Positions 44,346 to 48,822 of a DNA stretch of 48,822 nucleotides are shown piece by piece. The translations under genes and the position numbers were made by a program. The stretch is from Flavobacteriales bacterium (GTDB lineage Bacteria > Bacteroidota > Bacteroidia > Flavobacteriales_D > Crocinitomicaceae): the NCBI GenBank assembly GCA_046081745.1, contig JBJTWL010000093.1, positions 1-48,822 of the forward strand, in the 5' to 3' direction. Numbering within the stretch: position 1 is the first letter of the stretch; each line of letters starts with the position of its first letter. The notes below the pieces were generated by a model that did not search any database, had not been told where the DNA came from, and was given only the letters and a program-made list of their open reading frames with translations.

Positions 44346-44858
44346 ATGAAACATTTATTAATTGCATTTTTAATCGGGGTCCCTTATCTTGCTAAAACGC
44401 AACTTATCAATTCAGATTCTTTAGACTTAAAAAAAGTTCCATCCGTTTTATTGAAGGATATCAATGGAAAAGAGGTCAATACCGCCGCTTTTGGCTTTGG
44501 TGGCCCTGTGGTAATTAGTTTTTGGGCCACATGGTGTGCCCCGTGCAAAAAAGAACTTATGGCGATACATGACCTATATGAAGAGTGGCAAACAGAAACG
44601 GGGGTAACCTTAGTGGCGGTGTCCATTGATGACGAAAAAACAAAACGCGATGTGATAACCTATGTGAATGGAAAAGCGTGGGATTACACCGTTTTATTGG
44701 ACCCTAATGGCGATTTCAAACGAAGCATGGGGGTTAATAATGTCCCTCATACCTTTCTATTAGATAAAAATGGAAACATTGTATACACCCACAATAATTA
44801 TGCGCCGGGGGATGAAGAAAAATTATATGAAGAAATTAAGAAACTTACCATTGAATAA
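44346..44858 (+). CDS. periplasmic TlpA-family thiol:disulfide oxidoreductase
   Basis: 170 aa from ATG 44346 (MKHLLIAFLIGVPYLAKTQ, signal peptide). Thioredoxin-fold active site FWATWCAPCKKE. Confidence 0.85.
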   Translation: MKHLLIAFLIGVPYLAKTQLINSDSLDLKKVPSVLLKDINGKEVNTAAFGFGGPVVISFWATWCAPCKKELMAIHDLYEEWQTETGVTLVAVSIDDEKTKRDVITYVNGKAWDYTVLLDPNGDFKRSMGVNNVPHTFLLDKNGNIVYTHNNYAPGDEEKLYEEIKKLTIE

Positions 44859-46518
44859 GGGGCTATTTTTACTTTTTAGCGGCCTTTTCAGTACGTTTAT
44901 TTGGTCCCAAGGAAATTTTACAGGAAATATTGAATCAACGTTTCAATATTTAAATGACGACCCGGTTATTAATGCCATTCAGCCCCCGTCTAAGGGCTTG
45001 GTTAATTCGTACATGAATGTTTTTTATACCAATGCTGGTTTTAAAGCAGGAATGCGCTTAGAAAGTTATTTACCAAGAATTCAAGGATATCCAAATCGTT
45101 TTGATGGCACCGGAATAGGAATGAGGTATGTCGGTTATTCCAATTCGAAAGTAGATGTAACCCTTGGGCATTTTTATGAGCAGTTTGGAAATGGCCTAGC
45201 GCTTAGAGCCTATGAGGACCGTGCGTTAGGTTATGATAATGTGTTAGACGGTGCTCGGATTATTTTCAAGCCGTTTAAAGGTATTCAATTTAAGGGTGTA
45301 TATGGACAACAACGACTTTCGTTTGAGGCTGGTCGGGTTGTTAATTCAGAAGGAATTGTGCGAGGGTTAGATGCAGACATCCATTTAAATGAAACATTTA
45401 CTAAACTCAGTGCTTTTCCATTAGATGTAATTTTAGGAGGTAGCTTTGTCAGTAAATACCAAATAGATGACGATGATCAATTGATTTTACCAGAGAATGT
45501 TGGTGCCTACGGTGGACGCATGAAATTGCAATACAAGAACTTTCGGCTAGATGGAGAGTATATTCAGAAAGAACAAGACCCCTCCATAGATAACGGTAAA
45601 ATTTACAATTATGGCCATGCAGCCGTGGTGAATTTTGGATATTCGAAAAAAGGCATTGGTTTTAGTCTATCTGCAAAGTCGGTCGACAACATGAGCTATC
45701 GATCTGACCGCAATAAAGAGCTTCAGGATGTATTCATTAATTATCTTCCAGCCCTCAATAAAACGCACACCTATAATTTGGTGGCTACCTTATACCCATA
45801 CGCAACTCAACCCCTCGGAGAAGTAGCGTACCAAGCAGATTTTTTATATACCATTAAGAAAGGCTCCAAATTGGGAGGAAAATACGGGACTACGCTTGGC
45901 GTTAATGCTTCCACAACGTATAGACCAGTGCAGCATACCAGTGGAATTAATCAGTTTGATTCTAGCCGCGTGACATATGAAACGCACCTATTTGACAAAA
46001 GCGATAGCTTATACTGGAGAGACATTAATGTAAATATCACACGGAGAATTAACAAGAAACTTCTCCTACTTATTTCCTATTTTAATATTACCATTAATAA
46101 TGATATCGCCAAAGTTTCTAACGACGCAACGGGAATTATTTCGTCTCATATTGGTGTAATTGAAGCGTCCTACAAAATCAATTCAAAACATAACATTCGA
46201 GCAGAGTTTCAAGGTATGTTTGTCAATAAGAAAGCGGATGGAACCATTAATGACAAGGGAAATTGGGCTACAGCATTGATTGAATATACCGTTTCTCCAA
46301 GTTATTTTGTGAGCTTTATTAATCAATATAATTATGGTAATCCAGACGCTAACAAGCGTGTAAATTATCCGAATATAACCGCAGGTTACATTCATGAATC
46401 TACTCGAATTATGCTTTCCTATGGGCGTCAACGCGCCGGATTATTCTGTGTAGGAGGTGTTTGTCGGTTTGTGCCAGCAAATAATGGTCTTACCTTAAGT
46501 TTCACTCAAAGTTTTTAA
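44827..46518 (+). CDS. outer-membrane beta-barrel protein, DUF6029-like
   Basis: Start placed at ATG 44827 (MKKLRNLPLNKGLFLLFSGLFSTFIWSQ, signal peptide). Alternating beta-strand pattern, Gly/Tyr/Asn-rich, and a C-terminal OMP beta-signal ending in Phe (LTLSFTQSF). The DUF6029 family name is from memory and was not searched. Confidence 0.65.
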   Translation: MKKLRNLPLNKGLFLLFSGLFSTFIWSQGNFTGNIESTFQYLNDDPVINAIQPPSKGLVNSYMNVFYTNAGFKAGMRLESYLPRIQGYPNRFDGTGIGMRYVGYSNSKVDVTLGHFYEQFGNGLALRAYEDRALGYDNVLDGARIIFKPFKGIQFKGVYGQQRLSFEAGRVVNSEGIVRGLDADIHLNETFTKLSAFPLDVILGGSFVSKYQIDDDDQLILPENVGAYGGRMKLQYKNFRLDGEYIQKEQDPSIDNGKIYNYGHAAVVNFGYSKKGIGFSLSAKSVDNMSYRSDRNKELQDVFINYLPALNKTHTYNLVATLYPYATQPLGEVAYQADFLYTIKKGSKLGGKYGTTLGVNASTTYRPVQHTSGINQFDSSRVTYETHLFDKSDSLYWRDINVNITRRINKKLLLLISYFNITINNDIAKVSNDATGIISSHIGVIEASYKINSKHNIRAEFQGMFVNKKADGTINDKGNWATALIEYTVSPSYFVSFINQYNYGNPDANKRVNYPNITAGYIHESTRIMLSYGRQRAGLFCVGGVCRFVPANNGLTLSFTQSF

Positions 46519-46521
46519 TCC

Positions 46522-47454
46522 ATGAATCGATTGTTATGGTATTTTTTGGCGTTACTAATCGTCAGCTCGAGTTGTGATCATGTTACCAATCCATATCCGC
46601 AAGGATCAACCAATGGTTTAGACACCACCCTTTATCCGGGTAATTGGTCGGATTATTTAGCCAACGAATGGCCACAATTTTCACAAAACACGAATGTGAA
46701 TAGAAATATCTTGTTAGAGGATTTTACAGGGCACAAGTGTATATATTGTCCTGCAGCGGCGGACCTTGCCCATGCCTTATATGAATCAAATCCGGGCCGT
46801 GTATTCCCACTTTCGATTCATGCAGGACCAACAGGTATTGGTGATTTTCAAACGGTGACCCTTCCAGAATATCCCTTGGATTTCACCACATCGGATGGCT
46901 TGGCAATCGCACAATATTTTGGGATTAATGATGGCGGGTTTGTAGGAAACCCCCGCGGTACGGTATCAAGAATAAATAACGGGGGTGTAATTTTTCAAAG
47001 TCCAGGAGCATGGACCGGTATGGTTTCTAATGTGCTTGCTCAAAACGATTTAAAGGTTAACATTCAATCGGCCCTGAACTATTATCCAAGCACGAAAGGT
47101 GCATTTTTGCACGTAGAAGTTGATAAAGTAGATCAAACCGTATCTTCAGACCTAGGGATTGTTGCTTGTCTAGTAGAGGACTCCTTAGTGGGCGATCAAA
47201 AAATGAGTGATAATTCCCATAATTCATCGTACATCCATCGGGATATACACAGGGGTAATTTAAATAATACGCCCTTTGGCCGTACGCTTATTAGTACGGA
47301 CTTAATCGGGGATAAGTATTATGTGAATTATAGTTTCGTTGTTCCAAATCAACTGGATGGAACTTACAATGCATCTAACATGCATGTCTTGGTTTACGTT
47401 TATGATAAAACCACATGGGAAATTTATCAGGTTATAAAACAAGTTATTGAATAA
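46522..47454 (+). CDS. Omp28-related outer-membrane lipoprotein with CxxC motif
   Basis: 310 aa with a lipoprotein signal (LALLIVSSSC) and the motif ILLEDFTGHKCIYCPAA, characteristic of the Omp28 family as I recall it. The start is 3 nt after the preceding stop. Confidence 0.7.
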   Translation: MNRLLWYFLALLIVSSSCDHVTNPYPQGSTNGLDTTLYPGNWSDYLANEWPQFSQNTNVNRNILLEDFTGHKCIYCPAAADLAHALYESNPGRVFPLSIHAGPTGIGDFQTVTLPEYPLDFTTSDGLAIAQYFGINDGGFVGNPRGTVSRINNGGVIFQSPGAWTGMVSNVLAQNDLKVNIQSALNYYPSTKGAFLHVEVDKVDQTVSSDLGIVACLVEDSLVGDQKMSDNSHNSSYIHRDIHRGNLNNTPFGRTLISTDLIGDKYYVNYSFVVPNQLDGTYNASNMHVLVYVYDKTTWEIYQVIKQVIE

Positions 47455-47480
47455 AAAAAAGGCCGCATTTGCGGCCTTTT
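47453..47480. terminator. bidirectional intrinsic terminator
   Basis: GC-rich stem ggccgc (47461-47466) / gcggcc (47471-47476) with a 4-nt loop, extendable with the flanking A-run and T-run. Sits between the convergent omp28-like and T9SS cargo genes. Confidence 0.75.
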
Positions 47481-47498
47481 AAATGTGGTATCAGAACC

Positions 47499-48242
47499 TT
47501 AGTTCTTAATAAAACGAATGGTTTCTTTACCCAATGAACCTAGCGTGTTCACGAAGTAAATTCCGGCGTTTAATGATGATACATCAAGGGACGTCTGTGT
47601 TTGACCCGATACATTTTTAGTCAAAATTACTTGTCCACTTAAGGTTGTAATGGTAAGTTCATCTGCAACAATTCCTTTGATGGAAACTTGTCCGTTTGAA
47701 GGATTAGGATAAATGGACAAGGGCTCTACTACAGAAGTAATCAATCCCGCATTACCAACAATAATTTTGTATCCCTCAAAAGAAACGCTTTGAGTTACTG
47801 GAGTTGGAGGTAAACCGGGGATTAAGGTAACCAATACCGTGGCATCCACCTCAATCGTAATAGGATATGTTCCTGTAGTTGCTGTTGTACCCCAAATATT
47901 TGCGCACCCATTTGCCCCACCTGCATAGGTACAGTTCGCGATGTTGCAGGCATAGTTATATCCACTCGGTAATCCGAGGACACCAGTAACTGTAAATCCT
48001 TGAATAGGTGAACCAACAAATTGACCAGAAGCATCTAATTCTGCAGTAACGGTAGCAGGAACTTTAAAGTTTAAATCCGTAGAATAAGCTACATTCGCCG
48101 CTGCAGGAGGGAAATTCTGCGTGGTGTCAGGCCATACCCCGTAGGTAGAATCCACAAAATTTGCCCCAGGGGTACAAGATTGTGCGTCAACGGACAATGC
48201 GATAAGCCCAATTGAAGCAAAAGAAAGTAATAGTTTTTTCAT
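47499..48242 (-). CDS. secreted Cys-containing protein with T9SS type-A C-terminal sorting domain
   Basis: 247 aa with a signal peptide (MKKLLLSFASIGLIALSVDAQ) and a Por secretion tail (SIYPNPSNGQVSI...GIYFVNT...IRFIKN). The N-terminal domain has several Cys (QSCTPG, YACNIANCTYAGGANGCAN). Confidence 0.8.
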   Translation of the reverse strand: MKKLLLSFASIGLIALSVDAQSCTPGANFVDSTYGVWPDTTQNFPPAAANVAYSTDLNFKVPATVTAELDASGQFVGSPIQGFTVTGVLGLPSGYNYACNIANCTYAGGANGCANIWGTTATTGTYPITIEVDATVLVTLIPGLPPTPVTQSVSFEGYKIIVGNAGLITSVVEPLSIYPNPSNGQVSIKGIVADELTITTLSGQVILTKNVSGQTQTSLDVSSLNAGIYFVNTLGSLGKETIRFIKN

Positions 48243-48265
48243 AGTTGAACGTTTAAGAATTTAAT

Positions 48266-48273
48266 CAAAGATA
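48266..48273 (-). promoter_or_regulatory. -7 box (TATCTTTG) for the T9SS cargo gene at 47499-48242
   Basis: Exact TAnnTTTG on the minus strand, 23 nt upstream of ATG 48242. Confidence 0.45.
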
Positions 48274-48300
48274 ACAAAAAGACATGGAATTAAAAATCAG

Positions 48301-48308
48301 TACCTTTG
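48301..48308 (+). promoter_or_regulatory. -7 box (TACCTTTG), 3 nt before the ATG of the right-edge ORF
   Basis: Exact TAnnTTTG on the plus strand. Confidence 0.4.
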
Positions 48309-48311
48309 ACC

Positions 48312-48822
48312 ATGCGCTTTTATACTCAGGCTGAACGAAAATCTTTGCGTATACTCGATGAGGTGCTTGAATTTGAGCAGATTCAAACTGATCAAACGGA
48401 ACTGTTTAATGCATGGATTGAGTCAAACCGGACCTTACTTTCCTTTTTTCAAGGAAAAGAATTAACCCGATTCAACGATTCAACCCAGCTCTTGAAACAT
48501 GCAATGTTGTCTGATTTTAAAAGTTACACGAATCATTTTATTCCTGCATTTGAAGCACGTGAAGACGATTTTTGGGGAAGCTTATCGGATTACATGAGTT
48601 ATTTTTGTGTCATAGATTCCAATGGAATTAAAGCCACAATGTCGGTTGTTTCCGTTCAAGTTACGCACCAAAACGAAGAAGAACTCCGGTTAACCGTATC
48701 GTCAAACGATTCATTCAACCAAGTATTACATGCTTTTTTTAGTGCAGAAAAAATCATGGCTTATCAAGCTTTTCCAAAAGAGTGGGAGGTTTTGCGGATC
48801 CAAATGTTTGAACAATCCTTGA
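48312..48822 (+). CDS. hypothetical protein, 5' part (partial, runs off the right edge)
   Basis: Not in the ORF track because there is no stop in the window. The frame from ATG 48312 is open for 170 codons to the window end: MRFYTQAERKSLRILDEVLEFEQIQTDQTELFNAWIESNRTLLSFF... No signal peptide and no recognised family. Confidence 0.55.
   Translation, partial: MRFYTQAERKSLRILDEVLEFEQIQTDQTELFNAWIESNRTLLSFFQGKELTRFNDSTQLLKHAMLSDFKSYTNHFIPAFEAREDDFWGSLSDYMSYFCVIDSNGIKATMSVVSVQVTHQNEEELRLTVSSNDSFNQVLHAFFSAEKIMAYQAFPKEWEVLRIQMFEQSL

Noticed and set aside
44770-44826. Upstream extensions of three neighbouring ORFs in the track: 44770 for the barrel gene, 44283 for tlpA and 44347 for the T9SS cargo gene.
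   Set aside because: The extensions precede clear signal peptides. They contain or overlap the predicted -7 boxes (44236, 44297), or would create long overlaps with the preceding gene. Internal ATGs give canonical Met-Lys-rich signal peptides.

Overview
This window reads as core chromosome from a member of the Bacteroidota, probably Flavobacteriia-like; I cannot name the species from sequence alone. Three things support that placement. There are T9SS type-A and type-B C-terminal sorting domains. Fifteen exact TAnnTTTG (-7 type) promoter boxes sit in front of genes. The purH-mreBCD-mrdA-rodA gene order is conserved in the phylum.

I can support about 41 protein genes, two of which are edge-truncated ORFs absent from the supplied track, plus three tRNAs (Leu-TAA, Gly-GCC, Leu-CAA) and five intrinsic terminators. 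Most genes are housekeeping:
- cell-wall elongation genes plus a class A PBP
- scoAB and cysQ
- purH, nrdAB and dCMP deaminase
- mutS, yicC-gmk-nadD, rnr and hutI

I see no CRISPR array, IS or transposase, integrase, prophage or recognisable defence island.

The parts worth a second look, in rough order:
1. A cleanly delimited three-gene operon (promoter to terminator, 44297-47480). It encodes a periplasmic TlpA thioredoxin, a DUF6029-like outer-membrane barrel and an Omp28-like CxxC lipoprotein. Cys-containing T9SS cargo genes flank it.
2. An ECF sigma gene overlapping a membrane-anchored candidate anti-sigma that carries a T9SS type-B sorting domain. It is divergent from a second, fused thioredoxin-fold protein.
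3. A stand-alone AddB-like PD-(D/E)XK protein with no helicase partner nearby.
4. A 412-bp unexplained nrdBA upstream region.
5. Several apparently leaderless transcripts, and an nrd terminator embedded in a convergent coding sequence.

All functional calls rest on motif recognition by eye in the translated ORFs. No database search was run.
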